DNA from: Ruditapes philippinarum | Lineage: Eukaryota | Assembly: GCF_026571515.1 (NCBI RefSeq) | Contig: NW_026864778.1 | Location: forward strand, 1 to 64,000 | Length of the DNA stretch: 64,000 nucleotides | Direction: 5' to 3' | In this document: in pieces, positions 27,696-40,520 of the stretch | Position numbering within the stretch: position 1 is the stretch's first letter | How the letters are laid out: each line of letters opens with the position of its first letter | The notes under the pieces: model-generated | Told to the model about the DNA's origin: nothing | Seen by the model: the letters and a program-made list of their open reading frames with translations, nothing else | The model's database searches: none | Made by a program: the position numbers and the translations under genes

Positions 27696-28967
27696 ATGCT
27701 AAAGGTGACTCAAGTCAAAAGAGAAACTATAAGTCCGAGCAACCAGGAAAACCTGTTTGTTCATCGTTTCCATAGTAATACTGATATGGCTTTACCAAAT
27801 AATGCCCGGATGTCTGCATCAAATATATTTTGGAAGTCACCATATACGGGTGACGGTTTAAGTGGAACCAGTAAATCTGTCTGTATGAAGCCCGTGCTTT
27901 CTATTACGTCACCAAAAGAAAAGATGACAACTTCCGTTGATGATACGTCAAGGTTAACCGTTAAAAGTATATTAAAACATAAGAAAAAATTTGACAACAA
28001 TTTTGATAACATTAAGTCTGAGAACAAAGCTGATCATGAACCGCAACCGAATTTGATTACGACTGGCACGGGTAAAGGAAAACCGCACGGATCTCCTGTG
28101 AGGGCAAAAACGTGTAGAAAACGTGTGCAGTTTAATGAAATATCAAATCAGAACAGTGCAGAATTGAAACGTGGGTCTTTAAATTTGTATTCTCCCACAG
28201 CGCATGCACCGGGAAGAAGATTATTTTTAGACAGGCAAACATCTACGCGAATTTTAGGCACACCAAATCGTTTAGGGAATCGCTGGTCAGTTAACAGTCA
28301 AAACAATAGAAACGACGTTGCTTCACTTAATAACGGTGAAGCCCATATAAAGTATCAAATTAATGCATTTATTAGAAAGCTTAGATTAGCTGAGAATGAA
28401 AAACATACAAAAATGGAGTCTGAGACAAAGTCTAACGTGTTAGATCAAAACGCGCAAAATAAAACTGCTGCAAAACTTAGAAAATCTAGATCATTTTCTG
28501 GAACTACGTCACGACCAGACTGGACAGAATACGACATGGATAAAATAAATTTGAGTGCTAACCAATCAAATGATGAGGCAGACTCGTGCCATATTAATGA
28601 AGCAGAAACGGTTCCTTCAGTTGTCTACGATGCGAAAAGCAGAAGTTTTTCTTCGGGATCTGTGTCAATAGAAAGCTTTAGCTCCGACAATGAGGATCAG
28701 ATAGTTGAACGAACACCAGGGGGCGCGAAAGTATTTCGACCAAAGCCTAATGCTTCTTTGTATACGAAATACAGACATATAACTACCAACGAACATGTAA
28801 ATAAGTATGGATGTACACCAAGACCGAAAAGTGAAAATGACACGAAACGAAAAGAGCCAGTAAACTTTTGTGATAAACGTAAAACCAGTCAAATTTTATG
28901 CTGGTTAGAGGAAGTAAGATTTGCACAGAAAAATCAAGTACCATCAGTTTCACCGACAGAAGTTTAA
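27696..28967 (+). CDS. Uncharacterised 423-aa, probably disordered protein with SILK and RVxF (PP1-docking-like) motifs
   Basis: 1272-nt uninterrupted ORF in AT-rich DNA. A strong splice acceptor lies just upstream (T-tract + CTAG, 27636-27648) and a candidate upstream donor G|GTAAGT at about 26954. KSILK at aa 90-94 and RKRVQF at aa 141-146. Confidence 0.75.
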   Translation: MLKVTQVKRETISPSNQENLFVHRFHSNTDMALPNNARMSASNIFWKSPYTGDGLSGTSKSVCMKPVLSITSPKEKMTTSVDDTSRLTVKSILKHKKKFDNNFDNIKSENKADHEPQPNLITTGTGKGKPHGSPVRAKTCRKRVQFNEISNQNSAELKRGSLNLYSPTAHAPGRRLFLDRQTSTRILGTPNRLGNRWSVNSQNNRNDVASLNNGEAHIKYQINAFIRKLRLAENEKHTKMESETKSNVLDQNAQNKTAAKLRKSRSFSGTTSRPDWTEYDMDKINLSANQSNDEADSCHINEAETVPSVVYDAKSRSFSSGSVSIESFSSDNEDQIVERTPGGAKVFRPKPNASLYTKYRHITTNEHVNKYGCTPRPKSENDTKRKEPVNFCDKRKTSQILCWLEEVRFAQKNQVPSVSPTEV

Positions 28968-29897
28968 TGAAAGAGATAATTATAGCGTCGTTTTGAATTT
29001 TTCAAGAGTATTCATTTTGTTTTCTTTTTCTTTAAATATTCATTCAAATATAAGAAGCGAAAATTAAATTGGGCACAGATGTAAGCAAAGAATAAATGCT
29101 ATAATGTTTTGAAACCGGATAATAATATCGTTTTCATGTCATTTTCATAAATTTAACAACTTTCTACAAGGCAGTAGATTAGTACTGTAATTTTGTTCTT
29201 AAATTTAACTTTAAAGTGTTACTCGTTCTACACTTTATATTAAGAGCTTACTTCCATTACTACATGTACCATGTAGTATAGATATTTCATATATAATTAA
29301 TGCAAAATATTACTCATGCTCTAGTATCTTAAATTGTTTCCTCTTTTATAAATAATTGTTTTTTTTTGTTGTTGTTTTTTATCTTTTAAGGAATATCCTT
29401 AAGTACGGAAAAATAAAACAAGTATAGATGATGTTGTTTTGTTTTCTTATATAGATAAGAGTATGCACTACATATGTATATGTACGTTCTACTATAGATG
29501 TAGAAACGAAACAGTTACCAGGAAACGGATATAACGCAGTAGCGTCTATGGTTTGACGTCATACATCTTCTGAGATTTTAAGAACTTGGAAATATTCCAC
29601 TTATGATGAACGGCCGTCACAAAAATCTTAAGGATAACATGTTACAATTATCAGAACATAAAGGAAAGAAAACTTTTATGCATTTACATAATTTTAATGT
29701 ATATCACATATGAAACATAAATAACAATGATTTTAAATGGTAACAAACAATAACAACAATAACAGACATATTAATCACCAAAAAAAACAACGCCATACTA
29801 CATGTCAGACACTGAAATGAATGCCAAGGAACACATTTTGTAGTAAATTATGCAGCTTTCTCAGTACATATAATTAGTAAAAGTTCACAATGATGTT

Positions 29898-30619
29898 TTA
29901 TTTTGGTGGTAAAAATGAAGGTCGAAGTCTCGAATCTTGTGCGTAAGGATGAGAGTAATATGCCGGGGCAGTAAAACCTCCGCGCAATAATTCGTCTCTA
30001 GCATTGACCACGTGACTAAATGAACTAAAAGATGGCGGTTGTGCATATGGCGTCTGCTGTAAATATCCTGCTGCAAATGCTGGTGGTAGTGGAATTTCGT
30101 CCATTTCTCCGTTGATTTGTCGCTTCCATTTATTTCTCCTATTCTGAAACCAAATTTTTATTTGTGTTTCGGACAAATTTAAACTGGCAGCAAGTCCTGA
30201 CCTTTCTGCACTTGAGAGATAGCGTTTCATATCGAATGCTGATTCTAGTTGGTAAACCTGACTCCTCGAAAACACGGTCCTTGTCTTCTTTTTCTTCGCC
30301 TTGAAAGGACTTGGTGACTGCTGATAGCTTTCTCCTAAAGAGTCTAAACTTTTATCACTTGATTGATTCAGCAGATGAGCAGTTGGTCTTATTGATGAGT
30401 TCGTGTTTACTTCAGACGGGCTCAGTCGGTCTTCTTGTGAAAGAATTACATTGCTTGCCCTTGGAAAATTGAAATAAGGATATGCATTATGAGTAATTTC
30501 AGGGCTGAATGATTCCTCGCGAGTGTGCAGGTGTCTGTAAGGTGCATGAAACACTGTTGGCGTTGGGGATGGGTACTCATTTTCAGGTGTACTGCAAGCT
30601 CTAGGTTGTACGTTCGATT
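29898..30619 (-). CDS. Hmx: Hmx/NK5 homeobox gene, exon 2 (homeodomain at about 30114-30293)
   Basis: [59 protein letters not shown] is diagnostic of the HMX/NK5 family. Acceptor TTTCTTTTCCAG ends at 30620 and the frame is open from 30619 to the stop. Confidence 0.95.
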
Positions 30620-31301
30620 CTGGAAAAGAAATTAATTAAAAATATTAATCATATTAATATTCCAATTAGACACTAAAAAAATTAATTAACGTTCAATTGA
30701 TAAACATTTCTTTCGTAAAAGATATTGTGTGACTTGTAAGAAACGGGCATTTTAATATTGTGGAAAACTTATAACTTTTTTTCAAATAAAGCAAAAATAT
30801 AAAAACAAGTGTAATGCGTTTTCCTTTTTAAGCACCAGAGATCTACATTAGAACTGCTAAACGACTTCTAAAGTTTTATTGCAAATGAGAAGAAAATAAT
30901 TTATTGTTTCTTAAATGAAAATTATGTAGAATCAAAAGAAATGTAAAACATAATGTATATATAATCGGTAGACTGACTTATATATTTTCAATTATTTTAA
31001 CTGATAAAAAAAGAGAATGTTTTATTAATGCGCAACACGTTGCGGGTAAATTTGTGTTCGATACTCAATTATACAGCAGTTAATGCCAAATAAAAATATG
31101 TTTATAATTTGCTATTTATATGCACACGTAAAATCTTTAAGAATATCGAATGTTAAAGCTGTTAAAGTTTCAAAATATTTATAAGAAGTGAATAATGAAT
31201 TTTAACATAAAAATGAAGTATTGTAAATTGACATGATCAAAACTCATAAAAAACTTGAATTATTTTTTAAAAATTTTTTTATTTTAAAATTTAAACTTTT
31301 C

Positions 31302-31551
31302 CAAAAAAGTTGGAGTTAGTGTTTCCATCAATATCCGGTGCATAATGATGAACTGTTGACAGGTGCATTCTGGGAACTCTTGGCACTTCATCGCGTACTG
31401 TATCACGTGATTTTTTGCCGTCTGTATCTCCGAGAATTCTGTTGATGGAGAAGCTGAGGGGTTTCTTCTCCTGTAAAGATGGCCCCTTATCGTTCGCTTG
31501 TGATTTCATGTCCATCACTTTTTCACTCGAAGATTTTACTTCCTCAATCAT
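31302..31551 (-). CDS. Hmx: Hmx/NK5 homeobox gene, exon 1 (eh1/TN Groucho-binding motif)
   Basis: MIEEVK...KKPLSFSINRILG; FSIxxIL is the eh1 motif of NK-class proteins. The 3' boundary is uncertain because the donor is non-canonical (see findings). Confidence 0.8.
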
Positions 31552-31859
31552 ATTTGCATAAATCCAATGAACAATATCATAAATCAAAATGTTCAAAACT
31601 GTTCAGAATTTTTTTATCTCCAATTCGCTATTTATCCAGTGAATGGAATAATTTATTTTATAACTTTATGAAAAAACAGTAAAGTCTAAATAAATATATG
31701 CATCAACTTTCTTTTTAAAACGTATATTTTTCTTATGAACTTTGTAGTGAATGCATTGATAGCTGTTCGAGTAATGATGAAAAATACATTTTAGCCAGAA
31801 TATAAATACTCTAAAATGTGTTATAATTAACGATGGACGATTTTCTTATCTTGATTTTA

Positions 31860-32170
31860 ATCTGACCATTCAATTCAATGTTTAAAAAATAAACTCTCTC
31901 TGATTGGTCAATCAATTATTTAGGGTAGTGTTCGTCCAGAGGCGCCAAGTGCCAAAATTGGTAAAAATCAACAAGTTATAATTGCCCTAAAGATTAAGTG
32001 GCCATCAATTGAAAATTAAATGCGTGAATTGTCATAATTGTGTACAATAACACAGGAGAGAAACTATCCCCTTGCTTGACTCCACCCCCTGGGTACTAAG
32101 GGGAAAAGGAAAAGAGATAAAATCAAATTTATTTGTTGATAATAGTACATTACCTTAATTTGACACAGTG
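31860..32170 (-). promoter_or_regulatory. Probable Hmx proximal promoter region
   Basis: Directly upstream of exon 1. CCAAT box (TGATTGG at about 31901), CAAGTG (about 31946), TTAAGTG (about 31994) and several TAAT/ATTA cores. Confidence 0.4.
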
Positions 32171-34164
32171 TTATGAATCTTCTGAAAAGATTACTTTGTA
32201 AAAAAGCCACAGGGTTAACTACTGATTGTATTGTAGAAAATCACATTGGATAAGCTATTCTACTCTAGTTCGCAATATTAATTCTGATATAGACAGTTTA
32301 ATAGTAAATGATAAGATTTAGCTCTCCTTGTGCCGCTTAAGATTAACCTGATAGGCATCAAACAGTCCGACAATGTCTTCCGTTACTAGTTATTTAGTAA
32401 ACCAAGACCATTTATTAGACCGTATTAGCAATAATAGACAAGTACACCTTTTCAAAAAGTTAAACTGCCCCTACCTAAACGGTTATATTGTGTTGACGGT
32501 CTGCCGCCGAAAGGACGGCCGCTCGAAAACCGCTCGCCATTTAGTAGGATGTTTAACTGGTGAATCCTCTTAAAAATATGCTATGTGCTGGGTTTTCTTA
32601 TTCTTTCTGGCGCTCTCTTGGCCGATAAAACATAGCCATGTCTAGGACCACCAATTAAAAATATCGTTTGAAGTTTTTATAAAATCCAATTTAAGGATTA
32701 AGAAGTGAGCTGCAATTGAAACGTCGTCAGTTCCTCTCAGACAATTAACTCTGAAAGACTCAGTACATAATGAAATTACTATTAGACAATGGAGAACTGA
32801 CTTTGAAAAGAAGGTTTAAATTTAATCAAGCCTTTGTAAGGTCACTGTTATAATGAACATAGATAATCCTAACTTATCGTTAGTGTATATCAAAATTTAT
32901 ACGTCTGATTCCGCATAATAAAGATTTAAACCCGCCAACATGGCTTATTTAGGTGTCCAGACCGAGCGAGCCTGGTGCCTGTTTCGCAAACCTCCATTAG
33001 TTCATGTACGGTTTGTTTTTTTGATCAAGTTTGCACACAAATATTACAAAAGACTAAAGTTAATCAAAGAAATAGTACCGATATTGAAACGAAAATATGA
33101 AAATTATAAGGAACAACTTGTAAAGGGTAGGCTTTATAAAGCTCATTTATGGAGAAATATGTACAAAATCAAATGTGTATGCATTGTTTGTCTACTTTTT
33201 ATGGTGAATATTTTTATAACGGCAATGTTTGTATTTGAGAAAAATTCGACATCTGTATATTTTTCAATTATTCGGAGCAAAGGACCGTACTTTTATAAAA
33301 CAGCGTGTCTAATAAAATCTTGATTGCAAACAGTATTGTATTTTTGTTTTTCTTGTTGTTGTCATTGTTGTTGTTTCTGTTTTTTCTTACGATAAAATGG
33401 ATCTCTAACTGACAAGTAACAATTCATAAGTCACATATTTTCTCTACAAAGATCTACATTCAAGTTATTTCAATATTTGGAAAGTAATGAAAACATTTAG
33501 AAACGTGACACTATAATTGTTGTGTAAATATTGACAAATAATTATCGCCAGTAATCTTAAATACCAGTTATTAACAAATTTACCCCCACTTCATTAGAAA
33601 TACTAAAAAAAAATCTCAAAATATAATTATATATATAATATTACAGAATTTAGACACTTTTTTAAAAAACTAAGTTTTAAGCGTAAAATATCGCTATATG
33701 AATTTTAAGCATTAGATATTCTTTAAATGTTGTTGTTTTTTTTGTGCCCTGTATCTATCTCAATGAAAAAAGTGTCTATCATTATCTTGAAAAATATTTC
33801 CTCCAGGAATGTGGTGTTACATGTATATATTGTGTAACAAACAACAAGAAAATTTGAATATTATTTTAATGTAACATTTAAAGTAGAAAATCACATCAAC
33901 TTTAATGAACACAATCTTTTTTCTTTCTTTCTTTTTTGGTGGGGGCAAACGGGGACAGGGGAGGCTTGGTTGGTTCACGATAGAGGAAATGTGGATCAAA
34001 TGCAGAATCTGAAACTTAAAACTATATTCAGTGTAGATTTGATATTCCAGAGTTTATCCAGCATAAACATACAAAACGTTCATTTTTATACATATGATAT
34101 AATGTGCATTATGTGCATGTAAAATGTAATAAAATTCTAAAACTCGCAGTTTCGTTACTGCTTT

Positions 34165-34208
<44 letters not shown>

Positions 34209-34257
34209 ACCAGAAATCAAGGATATAAGACACCAATATAACATTTTACATATTTTT

Positions 34258-35851
34258 TCTGCTACCAATCATTATTGAAATTCTTTTAAAAGAACTTCCA
34301 ATTTTAACCGATTAAATTTTTAATTGTAGGACAATAACGTTTATTTAACAAAAAACTTTATAAGATGTCAACAGGTTCTTAATTTAAGTGAGAACTTTAA
34401 CACCGTCCTTTCTTGCTATCATAACTTTGTAATTCAACTGTAATTTTCCATATTGTTCCGTTCGATTAATTTCTATACATCATTAAAGGAAGTAAAGGGT
34501 GCCAAATTGCAATCAGTCTTAAGTGGTGTAAAATTGTTTAGATTTATTTATAAGTGTTCGTCATTGTTTCATATGTTATCTGATTTTCAGGTGTTTGCTA
34601 TATCCTTCCATTATTTCAATCTTGGCTAACAGATAGGAAAAAAAATAATCTACTTCATTGATATTAGAACTGAACAGAACAGATACTTTATTTTTGGCAT
34701 TTACAAGTATACATCGTCATACAAATATAGACAAAATGACAGTGAATATATAAGTAAATCATAATAACATATATGTGTATATAATAAACGTTGATTGATA
34801 TTTAATGAACGTATTCAAATGTAACAATTCTTACGTTATTCCATAATTCTATGATAATTAGCTTTAAAATAATACATAATATATAATTATATTTGCAGTC
34901 AAACTTGATTATAAAAGACAATTTTGAAGCAATACAAAGAAAAATCTTTAATATATTGAAGGAACATTTATAAAATTGTAACTTGTTCTGTCAGACCATT
35001 TTAATACAAAGGGGGTCGTTACTGACAAGTTCTAATGTGTAGAAAGTCCAATCTAACATTTCCCTTTACCGTACATATTTAATACACTATTAAAACGAGA
35101 TTTGTGATTTGATTAAGAACAGAAATGTATCTTTCATTATGAAGTCTCAAATGTTTATAATGAATGAAAAAATAAAAGAAGAAAGTTGAATTTATATTTA
35201 TTCAGTATTTTATGTGTACAATGTATGAAGGTGTAACATGTACAGTATCAACAAAAGAAAAACATGATGGCACTTTTCTTAGTAAAGAATTACTTTGGTT
35301 CTTTAAGTGCTGCAAAATCAAAATTACAAAAATCAATAACAGAAAAACAAGTGTTGTTTTTCTGGTTGAAGTTTCAGAAACAATGACAAAGTTAAGGCAT
35401 GTCCCAAAAAAAAAAACAGACCGTTTAAATGGAACGCAACGGACAGAAAATGTAATGTTAAACCCATTCAATAATACATCACAGTTAAATGCTTAATACA
35501 GGGGCACATATAGTACCTGGTATTTTATGAGAATGGAATTACATTCATTATATTTTAGGGATGATAATATTTTTGTTTAAGCTTTTTACTAAAAGGATTT
35601 GTTACATTTAAAGGGGGAGATTACTATGCATTTATAAGGGTACACTAAATCTGTAACTAGGGATTACAGATCCATATCAAATCTGATAAAGTAATTAAGA
35701 ATATTACAATTAATTGTTATGGTCAGTTGTTATTCAAGTGTCATGATATTATCTAAAGTGTTATGTTGTTGATAAAGTCAATTGACCTCCCATTTTTCTT
35801 TCTTAGCAATAAAAGTGTTGACAATCTGTAAGAACATCCGTCAAACTGACT
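34258..35851 (-). repeat. Hmx-upstream blocks I and II, duplicated in inverted form at 18262-19664 and partly at 20592-20768
   Basis: Long near-identical reverse-complement matches, e.g. CACCACTTAAGACTGATTGCAATTT and GATAATATCATGACACTTGAATAACAACTGACC. Confidence 0.9.
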
Positions 35852-38800
35852 ACAGAAAGTATCTGCTACCATGGGAAAAAAGTAAGCCACTATGAGAACC
35901 TTCCTAGCTTTGGACCAAAGTTTGGTTGTCGCCTGTCTTGTAAAAAAAATAAATCATTGTGATAATATTACACTTTCTCTTTCAATTCCAGTTTGCTTCA
36001 GTTTGCCCCTTTTACAATGAAAACAGGAGAAAATATATTCCAAAATTTTATAATTTTAATCCAAGTACATGTATGTTTAAATTTAAAGTACTGAGAATCC
36101 AAAGAGTATGTAAATTATAATGTAATACATCTAATGTTATGATGATGAACTGTTCGCTAAAATCTTAAAATCAACTTCTGTTCTCTTCTGAAATAACATT
36201 AAACCTCTTCCAGAAGCTTGTACCGAGAAAACTGCAAAATTAATTCTTCAGAAATAGGAATATTCATTTAAGCACTTTCAGAACGAATTCTTATCAATAC
36301 AACTAAATCTGCGGCCCATATTTTCCACTTTCATTTATTTACATCTCGAATCTAAACTAAACTTATAGCTTCTTTTGGTGATCTGATTTTACTATTTCAC
36401 CATTGCGAAATATTTGAAGTGAGTTGATCTTTGAAGGTTTTGGTTTATCTTTATTTTATTTATTCATATTTCTACTCCGCATAAGATTAAAGCTGATTAA
36501 AGTACTGGCTAATAATGCTTATTAGAGGTACCGAAAGTAGTTACGATGACCACTATATCTGCAGCACGTTGGTTATAGACAAATACATGTACAAATATTT
36601 AATATATATAAACTTTCTGCTTCAGCAACAAGTACCGATTATCTACGATTTTGTAAAAGCGATAGTTTTTAGAAAGTTTTGGCTATATTTGTAATGTAAA
36701 TTCTATATATGGAATATATATGATATTAAATCCCTTTTTTTTAAGTTTATAATAATGTATTATCATACATGTGTCGTACGTTTTGTCAAGATACAGCCTG
36801 CTATCACTACATGTTAGAGAGGGATTTTATTCAAGAAGCATAACTATATAGAAAGTTTAAGAACTTTAGCATTTTTAGATTATCAGGTTTTTACAGATAA
36901 CGGTTCCAGCTATTCGATTCTCTATTGACCATACGTACGTGTAACGTATTTTGCCGGTTTTGACATTCTTTAAAACAAAACTTACTACAACAGTCGTATA
37001 CATGTATATAAATGTTTCATATGATGTTGAAAATCATTTTATCGAGATTGAAAAACCTACACTCTAGCCCACTATCGCTAATTGATGGTGTCATTCTATT
37101 TCACCACTGACGGAAATGTACAATTTATAAAACAAAATGTTAATAAACACAACAAACAGAAAATTCGACATATAGTGTCATATAATCGGGACTAAAACCT
37201 TAAATGCAATGTGTATTTTAATTCTAGTGTACGTGTTTAAATACGGAATAACAGAAAAGACGCGGAAACATTACCCCTTACAAAATCAAATTTTATAAAT
37301 TTCTTTTTATTTATGAACAACGGCGCTTCTTTCTGTTGTCAAAGCATTATTAAAGTTCTTAATTTATTTTATAGTCTTATTCAATTATCTATTCATTTGA
37401 CTTGAATGTCACTAGAATTTGCTGTTAACTTTACATGTACACGCAAAGTATGAAAATAAATAAATATTGCCATACAGAATTATTATATTGATCTTATATC
37501 AGCCTCTTGTCTGTTAGACGCTCGTTTAACTTAGTTGTGTCGTTTACCATTCCTTGAGGTCATTTGTCAACAACTTTATTTCTATGTATGAAAAATGGGA
37601 GGGGAGTTTGTCTTATCATTTTATAGCACGAGGATAAAATCATGACACGATGGTCAGATTATTTGAACATTAACTAATTTTTATTTCATAAATATTGAGA
37701 TTTTTGTTGATTAAATCAGTAGGGCCGTGATACTTGTCATGAAACGAGTCAATATGTCTGGGTTGCAGAAAATATCCTGAGATAATCTATTAACCTTCTT
37801 CTTAAAATAATCATTTAATCGAAAGCATATATGATAGAATACGTATCTATCTAAAATAAAAAGTATTGAGATAATTTACTATGATAAACACTCGTTTATC
37901 ATAAAGCACACATTTAAAGCTGCACTTTCAAGGTTAGAAAGATTACATTTTCAACCTTATACTAAGTGAAAATTTGCCATTTGCACATGGCGAATTTATT
38001 CTATGTCTATGATTTATCATGTGTATACTAAAAGTCTATATAAAATATATGAAACAAGAAATGGGGATGGATATAACACGTGACCAACATTGTAAAAAAA
38101 ACTAATGTCCAAGTCATTTCATTTGTTCAATACTTCATAAAATAATGCTGAGAATTTCTTGGCCACTGGGACGCAAAAAGCACTTTGTTTAAATATCTTT
38201 ATTGTTTACAATATCTTTACTGTAAACGCATACAGTAAGTGAGATATTTCACAAGAGTTATGGTATCTTTAAGTGTTATAATTCCCACCTTTGGTTATGG
38301 TTTAATTTACAATATTGTCTGGACTGATTAACAATTTCCACTTCTTTAAAGGAAATTCAATTAACTTTAACTACAATAAATATTAAGTGATTGGAAATTG
38401 TTATATATTATTTTTGCAATTATCACTTTTTATTTTATCTGATCAAATCAATTGTTTCTCTTTCCGTCAAGTTTTTTTTTCAGGGGTATGAGAATTTCAA
38501 ATATATAATGTCCTGCTCTGTTGGTACGTCTCTTAAAACGATTTTGTACTATTTGATAAAAGAAATATATAAAAGATATTACAGGTGTTTTCTTTAAAAA
38601 ATAACAACATTTAAATCGCGTTGTGTATTGGTTTAGAAATATAACATTTTCATTAGTGTCTTAAATACATATACATTGTACTCATAACCTTTTAACTGTA
38701 TTCTAATTAACATATGTTTACGCACAGAATGTCTAGAGTTGGTGGGGTATACAACGAAACTTGTCTTTGTCTATAGTTCATATGTTTTACTTTTTGTTAC

Positions 38801-39580
38801 AAAAGAGTCTGTTAATATACGGAATGTATTATCAAGTTATGTTTGTAGGATATAAATATTCATGCCGCAGATGCGTTAGATATGTTAAACACTCTTTGAA
38901 ACTGTTTATGATAGAAGAGATTACAATACAGTGAATACTTGATTTTTATTTAAACATTATAACCTCCTTCAAAGCCAAGACGACAATATGGAAATTGTAA
39001 CAATTGCCAGAGGTTGGGGTTACAAAATATAAAATTTGTCGATTTTTTTCATTTTTGTATAGATCTAAATCATAACATTGAAGAGATAAAATTAAGTTAC
39101 ATTTTCATCACAATGAGCGGGACTTATAAATGATTATCGGTTGTCATTTTTTTTTACTTAATTGTGATTTATGAACATATAATAAATGGAAAGGATAAAA
39201 AACACTGAATGTATATGACAAAGCATCTGTTTAATACGGGTAATCTATTATGTAACAAGTTTACTTTATTTCCCGTTTAATACGGGTAATCGCTATGTAA
39301 CACGTTTACTTTATTGCCCGTAGAATACGGGTAATCGCATTAACAAGTTTACTTCATTGCCCGTAGAATACGGGTAATCGCTATGTAACAAGTATATTTC
39401 ACTGCCCGTTTAATACGGGTAATCACTATGTAACACGTTTACTTTATTGCCGGTAGAATACGGGTAATCGTTATGTTACAAGTTTACTTTATTGCCCGTT
39501 TAATACGGGTTACAAGTTTTCTATTTATGTGATGACTGGCATCATAGATACAGGCAGGAAATATTCTTTTGTATACAAAT
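35852..39580. other. 3.7-kb segment bounded by 17-bp direct repeats and absent from the paralogous copy
   Basis: CATCCGTCAAACTGACT at 35835-35851 and 39581-39597. The paralog has one copy with both flanks joined (rc of about 20583-20625). Confidence 0.8.
39229..39519. repeat. Minisatellite, about 45-bp unit, 6-7 copies, palindromic core
   Basis: AATACGGG recurs at 39233, 39279, 39324, 39367, 39412, 39457 and 39502. The core is TTGCCCGT-N5-ACGGGTAA. Confidence 0.92.
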
Positions 39581-40520
39581 CATCCGTCAAACTGACTGTA
39601 AAATTTTAATCTTAAGTCAAAAGATGGAGTTTATCGTCCAGTGATAACATGTACTCCTCGACCAGAGCAATCATGGACTTAATATGATATTGTGCATTCT
39701 TCATTTCAGAATACACAAAGTACGAGTGTAAATAAATGTAAATTCTAATTATCATACAAGGCAACACACAGAAAATTTGCATAAATAACCTAAATCAATA
39801 TATCATTTTTATAAATAAACACACATGAGCACAAAGTATGAACCAATAAAGGCTTCGCATAAACTTGGTTTAATTAAAGTCCCAGCATACACATGAGGAA
39901 AAATCTAATACCATGTCCAAATCCATAAGCATAACTTTGCAAGTTGGTTAGCGTCATTTATTGTTTCGCAATATCTATATGTAATATAATTCTATGATAA
40001 TTTTATGTATTTAAGTCTCATTCATATATATACACAAGTAAAATTCATAAGCAAAAATGAAACACAAAATAGTACATGACCATTCAATTAGTGAATTATA
40101 AGAGACTATTAAAACATAATAATGGTAATAATATGTATGGTCAATGGCCGTAGTTCACAAATGCAAACATAATTGTTATAAATCGTTTCGAAACAGAATT
40201 CTGCCTGGTATACCACTAGCACTACCAGTAATTATCAATCATTGATCACGATGGCTACTACAATTATTATATCGTAAAAGCGGATGAAGATACGTATAAT
40301 GACCCGTTGTCATGTCATATTGTAATAACAAAACGTCATAAAGAGCTCACATTATAGAAATGTGACATTATAACTTTATGTACGTCTGATACGCAGTTCT
40401 GATGGTCTATTTGTCTCAAGAAGGAAGCTCGGCATATCTTTTATATTTGTTCTTTCCTGTTTGTTTGTATGTTGACGAAAGACGGAAATATGCGTTATGA
40501 CGATAGACGTTCATATATGT
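39581..40520 (-). repeat. Hmx-upstream block III, duplicated in inverted form at 19675-20608
   Basis: E.g. GCCGAGCTTCCTTCTTGAGACAAATAGACCATC and CAGAATTCTGTTTCGAAACG are shared in reverse complement. Confidence 0.9.

Noticed and set aside
39229-39519. CRISPR-like periodic palindromic repeats
   Set aside because: The sequences between repeats are themselves near-identical, the context is eukaryotic and there are no cas genes.
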